From Brevundimonas sp. (GTDB taxonomy: Bacteria > Pseudomonadota > Alphaproteobacteria > Caulobacterales > Caulobacteraceae): a DNA stretch of 64,000 nucleotides. Positions within the stretch are counted from its first letter, which is position 1. Each line of letters begins with the position of its first letter. The DNA is taken from assembly GCF_016463485.1 (NCBI RefSeq), contig NZ_JAEMRD010000001.1, positions 29,560 to 93,559 on the forward strand. The letters run 5' to 3'. This document shows, piece after piece, positions 1-9,645 of this stretch. Below the pieces are notes generated by a model. That model did no database searches, was not told where the DNA came from, and worked only from the letters and a program-made list of their open reading frames with translations. A program made the translations under genes and the position numbers.

Positions 1-66
1 GCTGCCGCCAATCAGGGCCTCGACGAAGCCACACAGAATTCGTCCTTCGGACCTTGCGTCCTGCAT
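1..66 (-). CDS. 5' end of an unidentified CDS running off the left edge (MQDARSEGRILCGFVEALIGGS...)
   Basis: ATG at 66..64 on the minus strand, preceded by GAGGGAG about 6 nt upstream. The frame stays open to the window edge. Too short to assign a family. Confidence 0.3.
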   Translation of the reverse strand, partial: MQDARSEGRILCGFVEALIGGS

Positions 67-144
67 TCTCATCTCCCTCGTCGGGACATTGAGGTCCCAA
101 ATTCGTTAGGTGAATACTGGCACAATAATGCATGTCGTCAATGT

Positions 145-152
145 CATTAATG
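145..152. promoter_or_regulatory. Perfect 8-bp palindrome CATTAATG in the AT-rich divergent leader 67-436
   Basis: Read directly. It lies in the only AT-rich stretch upstream of the ferredoxin gene. Related ATTAATG/CATTAAT half-sites recur at 18414-18441. Confidence 0.2.
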
Positions 153-436
153 GCCAATCCTTTGTGGTCGCCCGTGATTGAATGGCCGCGCCCGGCCCGC
201 CCGCATTAGCGACGCCTTGGAGTTTGCATCCCTGATTAGGTGCCGACCACGCCGGGGTTTTCGTGCCGCGGCGCAGGATATCGCCCAGGCAATATGTCCT
301 TGATTCCTTCGAGACGCGCCGGGCATTGGCCTTTACCAGGGGGATCAGCACTTCAATCGTGCGACACTCGCTCTTATAGGCCCTTTACGCGCGCTAGGAC
401 TGCGACGCCTCATCCGATTCTGAAGGAAGACACCGA

Positions 437-754
437 ATGCCGACGATCATCGTGACAACTCGGGAAGGTGAGGAGGTCAGCGTCGAGGCTGTCGTTGGCC
501 GCTCAGTCATGGAAGCCATTAGGGACAAGGGAATCGACGAACTGATGGCCCTTTGCGGCGGGTGCTGCTCGTGCGCGACCTGTCATGTCATCGTCGATCC
601 GGAGTACGTCGCCCAACTGTCGGCGATGAGTGAAGACGAGGACGACCTGCTGGACAGTTCTGAGCATCGTCAGCCGACCTCAAGGCTGTCCTGCCAGATC
701 CGAATGAAGGATGAACTGACGGGACTGCGGGTCACGATCGCACCCGAGGATTGA
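437..754 (+). CDS. [2Fe-2S] ferredoxin, adrenodoxin/putidaredoxin type (P450 redox partner)
   Basis: 105 aa. Cluster motif [12 protein letters not shown] plus a distal Cys in SRLSCQI. Followed 50 nt downstream by a ferredoxin reductase. Confidence 0.9.
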   Translation: MPTIIVTTREGEEVSVEAVVGRSVMEAIRDKGIDELMALCGGCCSCATCHVIVDPEYVAQLSAMSEDEDDLLDSSEHRQPTSRLSCQIRMKDELTGLRVTIAPED

Positions 755-808
755 CGACATAGCGGCTTGAACGAGCGGATCTCCTGTGACCGAGGGGCGC
801 AGCAATTG

Positions 809-2041
809 ATGAAGACCTATGATGTGCTGATCGTCGGGGGAGGCCATGCCGGCGCTCAGGCGGCCGCTGCCCTGCGTCAGAGAAAATTCTCCGGGTCCGT
901 TGCCATTGTCGGTGCCGAGCCCGAACTGCCCTACGAGCGCCCACCTCTATCAAAGGACTATCTCTCGGGGGAAAAGACATTCGACAGACTGTTGATCCGG
1001 CCGGAGGCCTTCTGGATCGAGCGTGAGATCACGATGCTCTTGGGGCAGGCGGTGGTCGCGGTGGATGCGGCTGCGCACACGGTGCAACTCGCGAATGGCG
1101 AAATGATCGGCTTTGGCGTGCTGATCTGGGCGGCCGGTGGGGAGCCGCGGCGTCTGGCTTGCAGTGGCCACGATCTCGACGGCGTCCATGGCGTCCGTAC
1201 ACGCGCCGACGTCGATCGGATGATGGAGGAACTCACCGCAGTCCATCGCGTCGTCGTCATCGGCGGCGGTTATATCGGACTTGAAGCCGCAGCGGTTCTC
1301 GCCAAGGCGGGCAAGGCCGTGACGGTGCTGGAGGCCCAGGAACGTGTGCTGGCCCGGGTCGCTGGCGAAGTTTTGTCACGGTTCTATGAGGCGGAACATC
1401 GCACTCACGAGGTGGAAGTCCGACTCGGCGTCACGGTGGAGTGCATCGAGGAGTTCGCGGGAAAGGCGAGGGGCGTCCGCCTTTCTGATGGCGAAATCCT
1501 GCCGGCCCAGATGGTCATTGTCGGCATCGGTATCGTTCCATCCGTGGAGCCCCTTCTCGCCGCCGGCGCCGAGGGGGGAAATGGCGTTGCGGTCGACGCC
1601 TTCTGTCGGACCAGCTTGGCGGACATCTACGCGATTGGCGATTGCGCCGCTCACGCCAACGCCTTTGCCGATGGGACGACCATTCGCGTAGAGTCAGTCC
1701 AGAACGCCAACGATCAGGCCGCGGTCGTGGCCAGGGCGATCACAGGCGACCCTGTCCCTTACCACGCCGTGCCCTGGTTCTGGTCCAACCAGTATGATCT
1801 AAGGTTGCAGACTGTCGGCCTCTCCGTAGGCCACGATCAGACCATCCTGCGCGGGTCCGTGGCCGATCGCAGCTTCTCGGTCATCTATCTGAAGCAGGGT
1901 CGCGTCATTGCGTTGGATTGCGTCAACGCCACCAAGGACTACGTCCAGGGCAAGGCGTTGGTCACTGCAGCCGTGTCTCCGTCAGTCACCGATCTCGCAG
2001 ACCCGGCGATCCCGCTAAAGACCCTGGCACCGGTTGCCTAG
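809..2041 (+). CDS. FAD-dependent ferredoxin-NAD(P)+ reductase (putidaredoxin-reductase-like)
   Basis: ORF trimmed to the ATG at 809 ([17 protein letters not shown] = FAD GxGxxG). Second Rossmann motif [21 protein letters not shown]-terminal signature. Confidence 0.9.
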   Translation: MKTYDVLIVGGGHAGAQAAAALRQRKFSGSVAIVGAEPELPYERPPLSKDYLSGEKTFDRLLIRPEAFWIEREITMLLGQAVVAVDAAAHTVQLANGEMIGFGVLIWAAGGEPRRLACSGHDLDGVHGVRTRADVDRMMEELTAVHRVVVIGGGYIGLEAAAVLAKAGKAVTVLEAQERVLARVAGEVLSRFYEAEHRTHEVEVRLGVTVECIEEFAGKARGVRLSDGEILPAQMVIVGIGIVPSVEPLLAAGAEGGNGVAVDAFCRTSLADIYAIGDCAAHANAFADGTTIRVESVQNANDQAAVVARAITGDPVPYHAVPWFWSNQYDLRLQTVGLSVGHDQTILRGSVADRSFSVIYLKQGRVIALDCVNATKDYVQGKALVTAAVSPSVTDLADPAIPLKTLAPVA

Positions 2042-2145
2042 CGTGAGAACAGCCAGGTCCGGGTGATCGGTTCTTTCGATCCGGCAAGATTTGTTCTAGC
2101 GAGGCTTCGAGCCCACGAACGAGCGACACCTCGAGCGACAACCAA

Positions 2146-2898
2146 TTGACCAAACGCGCTGCCCCCTCCTTCTCTAATCCGGTCGTCGGATCGGCGTCCG
2201 TCGATGCCGCGTCTCCCGAACGGCTGGTCAATCAGGCAGGTCGACCAACGGCAGCCGAACTGGAGCGTCGCAAGGCCAAAGTCATGGAGGTCGCGACCGA
2301 ACTCTTCGTGCATCACGGCTATGCTGCGACGTCTCTTGTCGATATCGCCAAGGGGGCCGGTGTCGCGACGCGGACGCTCTACCAACACTTCGGGGACAAG
2401 GAGGCGTTGTTTCGTGACGTGATCTTTGCGCGCGACACGGGCGCAGTTCTTCCGGCACCGGTCCTTGAGTCCGGCGAGACCCTGCAGTCCGCGTTGATGA
2501 AGACGGCGCGCTACATGCACACCTATTCCTTGCGGCCGCGGCCCATCGATCTGATGCGGCTCATGATCGCCGAGAGCAAACGGTTTCCAGAACTGATGCG
2601 AGGCGTCGGCACGGCGGCGTTCGCGCGGTTTCGTCGAAATATCGCCCGCATGTTCGAAAGCCTGGCGCGCGCTAAGCTGATTCCCGAAGGCGACTACGAC
2701 CGTCTGTCTGAACTGTTTTCGGATCTGATCCTGGGCAGTGCGCCGATCATGACCTATGCGGAATGGATCACCGCCCGGACCAGCGAACCGGACATCGAGG
2801 AGCGGGTCAAACTGTTCATCCTGGGGGCGTTCGGGCCGGCTGTAGCTCGAAAGGCCGATGTGAAGAAGGCCAGGCTGCCCAAAGCCGACGCCCGATAA
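2146..2898 (+). CDS. TetR family transcriptional regulator
   Basis: TTG start. N-terminal HTH region ELFVHHGYAATSLVDIAKGAGVATRTLYQHFGDKEALF is typical of TetR_N. Confidence 0.85.
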   Translation: MTKRAAPSFSNPVVGSASVDAASPERLVNQAGRPTAAELERRKAKVMEVATELFVHHGYAATSLVDIAKGAGVATRTLYQHFGDKEALFRDVIFARDTGAVLPAPVLESGETLQSALMKTARYMHTYSLRPRPIDLMRLMIAESKRFPELMRGVGTAAFARFRRNIARMFESLARAKLIPEGDYDRLSELFSDLILGSAPIMTYAEWITARTSEPDIEERVKLFILGAFGPAVARKADVKKARLPKADAR

Positions 2899-2934
2899 GG
2901 CCGAGAAGGCTACGGTCAGCGAGCCCGGGCCTTT

Positions 2935-3738
2935 TCAGCCGCTCGTCTTGGTCCCGATCGTCGCCACATGGGCGCGCATGCCCTCCAGATATGCGGGTGC
3001 CAGCATCAATGCACTGTTGGCGAGGCGCTCTACGCTGGCGGCCTGGGTCACGCCGAGTTCACGCGCAATCTCGATCGCAACTTTCGCAGCCCCCATCTGG
3101 TCCGGATTGTTGCCGACCAGGTGCCGGCAGAATGCCATGGCGGCGTCATCGAAGCCTTCGTCCGGGAAAACCTCATGCACCAGACCCATGACGAGGGCCT
3201 TCTGCGCATTGGCCGGCAAATTGGCCATGACGAGGTAGCGTGCCCAGTGTGCGCCCACGAGCCGTACCAGACGACTGATTCCATTGGTGGCGGGCAGCAC
3301 GCCCATCTTGCCTTCGGGAAAGCTGTAACTGGCGGACGCGGCGGCCAGACGGAAGTCGCAGGATAGGGACAGCTCCAGCCCGCCTCCGACGCAAGGGCCC
3401 TGATGTGCGATTACGAAGGGCTTTTCGATCGCTTCCATCTCATCGTACATGCGGCGCATGCCGTTCAGGTGAAGGCGATGCATCTCGCGTATCTCCGTGC
3501 CCGACGTCGGCGGCGCTGAGACGCCGGCTTCGCGCAGGTCCGCCCCCGCCGAGAAATAGCGGCCCGTTGCACGAATGAGCATAACCCTCAGGGACGGCGA
3601 GTCGCGAAAGCGGTAGACGGCCGACTCGAGGATTTCGAGGGTCTGGCGGCTCAGCGCATTGAGCTTTTCGGGTCGGTTGAGCGTGGCGACAAGGACGCCA
3701 TCCGCTTCGTCGACAAGAACATGCGGGGCGTCGGTCAT
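2935..3738 (-). CDS. Enoyl-CoA hydratase/isomerase (crotonase fold)
   Basis: 267 aa. LNRPEKLNAL, FSAGADL and GPCVGGGLEL oxyanion-hole motifs. Its start overlaps the upstream ferredoxin stop by 4 bp. Confidence 0.85.
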   Translation of the reverse strand: MTDAPHVLVDEADGVLVATLNRPEKLNALSRQTLEILESAVYRFRDSPSLRVMLIRATGRYFSAGADLREAGVSAPPTSGTEIREMHRLHLNGMRRMYDEMEAIEKPFVIAHQGPCVGGGLELSLSCDFRLAAASASYSFPEGKMGVLPATNGISRLVRLVGAHWARYLVMANLPANAQKALVMGLVHEVFPDEGFDDAAMAFCRHLVGNNPDQMGAAKVAIEIARELGVTQAASVERLANSALMLAPAYLEGMRAHVATIGTKTSG

Positions 3739-3941
3739 GCGGTTTCTTCGTCCTCGATGACGAAAATGATGCGTTCCGGGCAGGCGCGGGCACCGCGACG
3801 GGCGAGATCCTCCTGGCCTGGCGGGACGTCAAAGCCTTCGGTTGCGATGTAACCTTCGTCGTCGAGGGGATACAGGGCTTCGGCGACCGCGTTGCACCGG
3901 GCGTTCCCCGTGCATTGGGCCTTCTCGATCCGGATTCTCAT
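3735..3941 (-). CDS. Small single-cluster ferredoxin (CxxNxxC...CP, predicted 3Fe-4S)
   Basis: 68 aa. CTGNARC ... ACPERI. Divergent from the P450 at 4171. Confidence 0.8.
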   Translation of the reverse strand: MRIRIEKAQCTGNARCNAVAEALYPLDDEGYIATEGFDVPPGQEDLARRGARACPERIIFVIEDEETA

Positions 3942-4015
3942 GGCAATGACCTGCGCGGATGTCGTGGGCCGGGTCGGCCCTGGAATGTACTCACCGTAGA
4001 GCCAAGAGCGGTCGC

Positions 4016-4031
4016 CGGATCAATCGATCCG
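4016..4031. promoter_or_regulatory. Imperfect inverted repeat CGGATC-aatc-GATCCG in the ferredoxin/P450 divergent region
   Basis: 6-4-6 inverted repeat read directly. Candidate operator for the adjacent TetR. No further support. Confidence 0.15.
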
Positions 4032-4170
4032 CAGGAAAATCGCGCCGGCGATCGCTCTGGCGCGCGCAGGATCGTGGGGACGGTATCGGTCTAGCGCGCA
4101 TTGCCTCTGCCCTCGGGTCGAATGAGGAATAGGGTCGCCAGATGCCTACCGCCTCCCCAGGAGCTAACGA

Positions 4171-5412
4171 TTGACCGACCTCAGTCCTGCCGTTTCGAAG
4201 CCGACGCACGTCGCGGATGCGTCCGTGTACGATTTCGACATGTTCGTCGATCCGGCGTTGCTCCAGGATCCGCACGAACGCGTGCGCGAACTGCTGCGTG
4301 ACGCACCACCTGTCTTCTGGACGCCGCGCAACGGCGGGCATTGGGTCGTCACAGGGTTTCGCGAGAACTACGATGCGTCGCGTGATTTCGAGACCTTCTC
4401 GAGCGAAATCTACCCCCGACCGATGATGGACGGGATGCGGGCCATGCTGGCGCAGCAGATCGGACATGTGCCGCTACCGACTCCGATCAACCTGGACCCG
4501 CCGGACCACACGAAGTTCCGTCGGCCGCTGCAACTTGCGTTTTCACCCAAGGCGATGCTTGCGCGTAAGGAAGAGGTTAGAAGTCTGGCCAATTCCTTGA
4601 TCGACGCCGTGATCGAGCAGGGCCATTGCGACTTCGTCCCCGATATCGCCGAGCCCCTGCCTGTGCAGGTCTTTCTGAAAATGATGGGTCTGCCGCTCGA
4701 ACGATCCGCAGAGTTCCGCGACCTGGTCCATGAATTCATGTCTCCGCCGGACACGGAGCTTGCCCCGATCTATCGGATGAGGAAGGTCGCCGACGCGATG
4801 AAGGGCGAGATCGAGTCCCGCCGGACCGATCCGAAAGATGACCTACTCAGCCTGCTGTGGACGTCGGAGTTTGACGGCGAGCCGATGACGTTCGAGCTGA
4901 TGGAGGATTACGCCGTTCTTCTGTTCATCGCCGGCCTGGACACCGTCATTAACGGCATGGGGTTTGGCGTTCGCCACCTGGCGCAGAACCCGGCGTTCCA
5001 GGAAGAACTGCGCGCCAATCCCAAGCGGATCCCCGAAGCGGCCGAAGAGCTTCTCCGGCGCTACACCTTCACTGTCCCGACGCGCCGCATCGCCAAGGAT
5101 GTCGAGTTCGCCGGCGTCGAGATGAAGGACGGGGATCGACTGATGCTGTTCTTGCCCGGGGCCGACCTCGATCAACGCGAGTTCGCCAAGCCCGAGGCGT
5201 TCGACATCGATCGCGAGAACAATGTTCATATCGCCTTCGGAGCCGGACCGCACCGTTGCCTGGGTTCGCACCTGGCGCGGATCGAGCTGCAAGTTCTCTA
5301 TGAACAGATGCTGGCGCGGCTGCCGACTTTCCGACTGGACGACGCCAAGCCCACAGTGTTCCACGCCGGCAACATCATCGCCATCGACTCCCTGCCGCTG
5401 CGTTGGGACTGA
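4171..5412 (+). CDS. Cytochrome P450 monooxygenase
   Basis: 413 aa. TTG start 7 nt after AGGAG. I-helix FIAGLDTV, ExxR (EELLRR), heme-thiolate loop FGAGPHRCLGSHLAR. Confidence 0.95.
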   Translation: MTDLSPAVSKPTHVADASVYDFDMFVDPALLQDPHERVRELLRDAPPVFWTPRNGGHWVVTGFRENYDASRDFETFSSEIYPRPMMDGMRAMLAQQIGHVPLPTPINLDPPDHTKFRRPLQLAFSPKAMLARKEEVRSLANSLIDAVIEQGHCDFVPDIAEPLPVQVFLKMMGLPLERSAEFRDLVHEFMSPPDTELAPIYRMRKVADAMKGEIESRRTDPKDDLLSLLWTSEFDGEPMTFELMEDYAVLLFIAGLDTVINGMGFGVRHLAQNPAFQEELRANPKRIPEAAEELLRRYTFTVPTRRIAKDVEFAGVEMKDGDRLMLFLPGADLDQREFAKPEAFDIDRENNVHIAFGAGPHRCLGSHLARIELQVLYEQMLARLPTFRLDDAKPTVFHAGNIIAIDSLPLRWD

Positions 5413-5816
5413 CGGTGGCAGGCTTTCGTTTGCTTCCCCGCCTGAATGCGGAGAACCGCTTTTTCTGGACCAGCGGATCGGATGGCCAGCTTCGCTTTCT
5501 GCAGTGCGAGGCCTGTGAGACGTTTGTGCACCCACCCCGCCCGATCTGCCCCAACTGCCAATCTGAAGCTGTTTCCCCCGCTACCGTGCCGGGGACAGGC
5601 GTGATCGACACCTATACGATCAATCACCAGAAGTGGCAGCCAATGCTCGAGGTGCCCTATGTGATCGCCCGTGTGGCGATTGATGGCGCTCCAGGTGTCT
5701 ATCTGACCACCAACATCATCGATTGTCCGGTCGAGGCGGTCGACATCGGCGACGCCGTCAAGGTGGCTTTCGAGCAGCATGACGACGTCTGGCTGCCGCT
5801 GTTCGAGAAAGCCTGA
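5403..5816 (+). CDS. DUF35 OB-fold / zinc-ribbon protein (partner of thiolase-like enzymes)
   Basis: Zinc-ribbon CEACETFVHPPRPICPNC followed by an OB-fold region. The start may be TTG 5403 or GTG 5415. Followed 2 nt later by a thiolase-like gene. Confidence 0.8.
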   Translation: MGLTVAGFRLLPRLNAENRFFWTSGSDGQLRFLQCEACETFVHPPRPICPNCQSEAVSPATVPGTGVIDTYTINHQKWQPMLEVPYVIARVAIDGAPGVYLTTNIIDCPVEAVDIGDAVKVAFEQHDDVWLPLFEKA

Positions 5817-5818
5817 CG

Positions 5819-6979
5819 ATGGCAAATCCAGAAGCCTATATCACCGGAACCGGTCAATCGGAGGTTGGGGTCCGCCTGGCCCGCCATCCCTTGCTTCTGA
5901 CCATCGACGCCATCCGGGAAGCGCTGGACGACGCCGGACTGACCCTGGCGGACATCGACGGCATTTCGACCTATCCAGGCAAGGCCGCACAGCCTCCGGG
6001 GTATTCGCCGGTCGGGACCGAGGACGTCATTGAGTCCCTGCGTCTCAATGTGCGTTGGTACAACGGCGGCTTTGAGATCACCTCTCAGCTCGGCGCGGTG
6101 GTCGAGGCCGTCGGAGCCGTCATGAGCGGCCAGGCGCGCCACGTGCTGTGTTTCCGCACGGTCTACGAGGCTGCCGCCCTATCGCGACCGGACGAATATC
6201 CCCGGCCGGGCCCAGGACGAATCGACGGCATGATGGAATGGCTGTTACCGTTCAATGCCTATTCGGCTTCCAACTGGATCGCCCAGTATGCGATGCGGCA
6301 TGTCAAGAAATACGGTCTCAAGCGCGAGCAACTTGCCCAGATCGCCATTACAGGACGCGCCCACGCGGCGCTGAATCCGCGCGCCCTCGTCCGTGAACCC
6401 CTGACGTTGGACGACTACATGTCCGCGAGGATGATCTCGGATCCACTATGCCTTTACGACTGCGACCGGTTCACCGACGCCTCGACCGTGCTTATCGTTT
6501 CAGCGGGCGACGCTCTGGGCGACGTCAAATGCACGGCCATCCGGATCGACGCCATGGCCTATTCGGTCGAGCGTCATAGCTGGGATCAGTCGGAATGGGT
6601 CGCGGCTTACCCGACCGGAGCGGAGCTTTGGAAGCGCACCGACTATCAGCCCAAGGACGTCGACGTGGCCCAGCTCTACGACGGTTTCAGCTTCAACGTT
6701 GTGACCTGGCTGGAGGGTCTGGGGTTTTGCAAGCGAGGTGAGGCCGGTGATTTCCTCGGCGACGGAAAGCGGATCGCTCTGGACGGAGAATTGCCGCTGA
6801 ACACGTTTGGGGGTCAGATCGGCGCGGGACGTCTGCACGGTTTCGGCTTTGCGCATGAAGCAGTCGTGCAGCTCAGGGGGCAGGGCGGCGCGCGCCAGGT
6901 CAAGGGCGAGCCCAGGGTCGCGGTCGCGACGTCGGGCGGCGGGCCGATGGCGACCGCCCTCCTGCTGGTGCGCGACTGA
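5819..6979 (+). CDS. SCP2-thiolase-like protein lacking the nucleophilic Cys (Ltp2-like candidate aldolase)
   Basis: 386 aa with thiolase-fold length and layout. Aligned to its paralog at 47953, the NACASG Cys position reads EITSQLG and the GHP His loop is replaced by GAGRLHGFG. Confidence 0.75.
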   Translation: MANPEAYITGTGQSEVGVRLARHPLLLTIDAIREALDDAGLTLADIDGISTYPGKAAQPPGYSPVGTEDVIESLRLNVRWYNGGFEITSQLGAVVEAVGAVMSGQARHVLCFRTVYEAAALSRPDEYPRPGPGRIDGMMEWLLPFNAYSASNWIAQYAMRHVKKYGLKREQLAQIAITGRAHAALNPRALVREPLTLDDYMSARMISDPLCLYDCDRFTDASTVLIVSAGDALGDVKCTAIRIDAMAYSVERHSWDQSEWVAAYPTGAELWKRTDYQPKDVDVAQLYDGFSFNVVTWLEGLGFCKRGEAGDFLGDGKRIALDGELPLNTFGGQIGAGRLHGFGFAHEAVVQLRGQGGARQVKGEPRVAVATSGGGPMATALLLVRD

Positions 6980-6980
6980 C

Positions 6981-7730
6981 GTGGCGGTTCCGGCCTTCAG
7001 ACGCCGGATTCTGATCGAGCCCTCGCCGGGCCTGGTGACGGCTGAACTTGAGGATGACTGGCACAGGATGGTCGTCACCTTGACCCATCGCGAAGGGATC
7101 GTCGTCGATGTCGCAAGCGACATGAAGCGTTGGCCCTGGACGACCTGTCGGGGCGCGATTGCCCAGTTGAGCCAAACCTTGGAGGGGGCGGCGCTCGACC
7201 AGTTGGCCCGGCAGGGAGAGCGAACACACAACTGTACGCACCTTCATGATCTCGCCCTGTTTGCGGCTGCGCACGCGACGGAGACGTCTGCGATCGCCTA
7301 CGATGTCACGGTGTCGGATCCGGTCGATGGGCGGCGTGTCGCAGAACTCGTGCGAAATGGGGCGTTGATGTTTTCCTGGAGGCAGGAGAATGATCTGTTT
7401 GTCGCGCCGTCCGATCTGGCAGGGCTCAGTCTCAGCAAACTCGGGGAGTGGATTTCGACGCTCGACGGTGACCGACGCGAGGGCGCCCGGATACTTCGAT
7501 GGGCCGCCATCATGGCCTATGGCAGGGCGATGGATATCCCCGAGGGCCTTTCGGCGACGACCTTCCCCACCGGGGCTTGTTTCACTTTTCAGCCCGAGCA
7601 GGCTCAAGACGCAGTTCGGCGTCCTGACGTACCCAGGGATCTGAGCAGGGAGGGCGCGGTACCCTTGGCGGATCGCGCGCTGAGTTTTGACCTTCCGCCC
7701 GGCTACGACGGCATCATCACTCATCAATGA
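6981..7730 (+). CDS. DUF2889-like conserved hypothetical protein
   Basis: ORF trimmed to the GTG at 6981, one nt after the upstream stop. LEDDWHRMVVTLTH ... RWPWTTCRGA resembles my recollection of DUF2889. The family call is unverified. Confidence 0.5.
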   Translation: MAVPAFRRRILIEPSPGLVTAELEDDWHRMVVTLTHREGIVVDVASDMKRWPWTTCRGAIAQLSQTLEGAALDQLARQGERTHNCTHLHDLALFAAAHATETSAIAYDVTVSDPVDGRRVAELVRNGALMFSWRQENDLFVAPSDLAGLSLSKLGEWISTLDGDRREGARILRWAAIMAYGRAMDIPEGLSATTFPTGACFTFQPEQAQDAVRRPDVPRDLSREGAVPLADRALSFDLPPGYDGIITHQ

Positions 7731-7890
7731 ACTCGGCTGCCCGAAGTCTGACGCGGCTAGCCGAATATACGAACGACTCGAGAGCATTGCATTAGACTTG
7801 CGGGCCGGGAGGCACGCTTCGATCATTAGAACTATATAAGTGCGTGGATTCAATGCCATAAGAGAAAAACGGAGGCTGTCTCATTTTTTG

Positions 7891-7919
7891 TTGACGAGTC
7901 GCGGATGTCGGCGGATAGT
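7891..7919 (+). promoter_or_regulatory. Putative sigma70-type promoter for the IclR gene
   Basis: TTGACG (7891-7896), a 17-nt spacer, then GATAGT (7914-7919). Lies in an AT-rich intergenic region about 40 nt upstream of the ATG at 7960. Confidence 0.3.
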
Positions 7920-7959
7920 CTGGGGAAAAGATAAGAACACAAACCCAGGGAGACGACGG

Positions 7960-8760
7960 ATGGCCACGGGACTGGATTCCAATCGCACCAAGATCGCCAA
8001 GCGCGTGATCGAGGTTTTCGACTATTTCGGGACGACCAACAAAAGCGCGACGGTCATGGACATCGTGCGTCGCTATGGTCGGCCGCAGTCGAGCACGTCA
8101 GAACTGCTGGCCAGTCTGGTCGAGATGGGCCTTCTGTACAAAGACCCCATGACCCGCTCCTACCTGCCGACCCCACGTCTGGCGACATTGGGCGGTGCAG
8201 CCCAGCCCGAATTCATTCGCGATGGTCGCCTCTACACCTACATGGACCGTCTGGCCCAATCGACCCGTCAAACCGTGGCCCTGTTCGGCATGGTCGGAAC
8301 GCACACCCAGGTTTTCCGCGTCTCAAACGGCGCCGACGATGGTGCTGTCGCGCTTGAGCAGGGTGACTCCGAGGTCCTGTACGCCAGCGCGGCCGGGTTG
8401 CTTCTTCTTTCGACGCTCGGCCAGGAGCAGACGAAGAAAACGCTCTGGCGCCTGAATTCCGAGGCTGCGCAGGATCAGAAATTTGTCCACGCCGAATACT
8501 GCGAGCGCGCTGCAACCTATCGTCAGCAGGGCCATGCCGTCGGCCAGGCAGGGTTTGTCTCCGGCGCTCAAGCGACGACCGCGCTCGTGCCGGTCTCGGC
8601 TGGCGAGCGTCCGCTTGCGCTGGGCGTGATCTATCCTGAGGGCTCGACAATCGGGACCGAGGCCCTGCTTGAGACTTTGCGTTATGGCGTCAGTCAATTC
8701 TCGCCCAACGCCATGCGTGACCTGTCCAACGACTTCGCGCCCTTCGCCCGCGCAGTCTGA
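7960..8760 (+). CDS. IclR family transcriptional regulator
   Basis: Trimmed to the ATG at 7960, after GGGAGA. Winged-helix region VMDIVRRYGRPQSSTSELLASLVEMGLL followed by a C-terminal effector-domain-sized region. Confidence 0.85.
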   Translation: MATGLDSNRTKIAKRVIEVFDYFGTTNKSATVMDIVRRYGRPQSSTSELLASLVEMGLLYKDPMTRSYLPTPRLATLGGAAQPEFIRDGRLYTYMDRLAQSTRQTVALFGMVGTHTQVFRVSNGADDGAVALEQGDSEVLYASAAGLLLLSTLGQEQTKKTLWRLNSEAAQDQKFVHAEYCERAATYRQQGHAVGQAGFVSGAQATTALVPVSAGERPLALGVIYPEGSTIGTEALLETLRYGVSQFSPNAMRDLSNDFAPFARAV

Positions 8761-8838
8761 CCTTGGGCGACGGAGCGGCAGAGACGATCCCGCCGTGGTC
8801 CGGCCCATCGCGGCGGCGCGTGATCACACTGGAAAATC

Positions 8839-9549
8839 ATGACTGACACCTCTGCCGAAGATTACTTTGCGTCCTTCGGGCCGGTTCGCATCGTCGACCG
8901 GACGCGAGTCCAGAAGTTCGTCGCCAAGACCATGACGACGAACTTCACAACCATTCCGCACGTTACCCACTGTGACGACGTGGATGTTACGGAACTCGAG
9001 GCCTATCGCAGAAGCCTGACGCCGGATCAGAAGGTTTCGCCCCTGGTCTTTCTGATCAAGGCGGTCGTGCATGCGCTCAAGGCGTTTCCACATTTCAACT
9101 CCTCCGTGGCGCCGGATGGTGGATCGCTGATCCTCAAGGACTACTTTCACATAGGCATCGCTGTCGATGGACCGCTGGGACTTCTTGTCCCGGTCTTGCG
9201 GGACTGCGACCAGAAGGATGTCGGGCAGCTTTCGGCTGAGCTGAAAGATGTTTCCTTGCTGGCGCGCACCAAGGGTCTGTCCATGGACAGGATGTCGGGC
9301 GGCTGCATATCGATCTCGTCTTTGGGCGGCATCGGCGGGACCTACTTCACGCCGATCATCAATGCGCCTGAGGTTGCGATTCTCGGTGCGACGGGCATCC
9401 AGACACGGCCGGTCTGGGACGGGCACGCGTTTGTGCCTCGCCAGATCCTTCCCCTGTCGTTGAGTTACGATCACCGGGTCATCAACGGGGCCGACGCCGC
9501 CCGGTTCGTGCGCCACATCGGAGCCTCCCTCGCCAAGGTCGGCGGTTAG
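8839..9549 (+). CDS. Stand-alone 2-oxoacid dehydrogenase acyltransferase (E2) catalytic domain
   Basis: 236 aa. Catalytic motif SLSYDHRVINGADAARF. An in-frame stop at 8821 excludes lipoyl or E3-binding domains upstream. Confidence 0.85.
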   Translation: MTDTSAEDYFASFGPVRIVDRTRVQKFVAKTMTTNFTTIPHVTHCDDVDVTELEAYRRSLTPDQKVSPLVFLIKAVVHALKAFPHFNSSVAPDGGSLILKDYFHIGIAVDGPLGLLVPVLRDCDQKDVGQLSAELKDVSLLARTKGLSMDRMSGGCISISSLGGIGGTYFTPIINAPEVAILGATGIQTRPVWDGHAFVPRQILPLSLSYDHRVINGADAARFVRHIGASLAKVGG

Positions 9550-9645
9550 GACATCGCCGCGACGATGGTCGATCGAGGGCACGGACCCGGTCTCGACAAC
9601 CGTGGAAATCGGGCTAGTCAAACAACACCCTGGGGGACCGTGCGT

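Noticed and set aside
106-455. Small ORFs (106..351 minus, 240..455 plus) in the first intergenic region
   Set aside because: They have no RBS, no family resemblance and atypical composition. The region is better explained as a divergent promoter/leader.
2059-2084. Possible intrinsic terminator hairpin after the ferredoxin reductase gene (CCGG-gt-GATCG-gttcttt-CGATC-CGG)
   Set aside because: The stem is short and bulged, and the downstream tract (caagatttgttc) is only weakly T-rich. Not strong enough to annotate.
6807-7730. 307-aa version of the DUF2889-like ORF overlapping the thiolase-like gene by 173 nt
   Set aside because: The overlapping part is Arg/Ser/Ala-rich and out of frame with a well-supported CDS. 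A GTG immediately after the upstream stop is the more plausible start.
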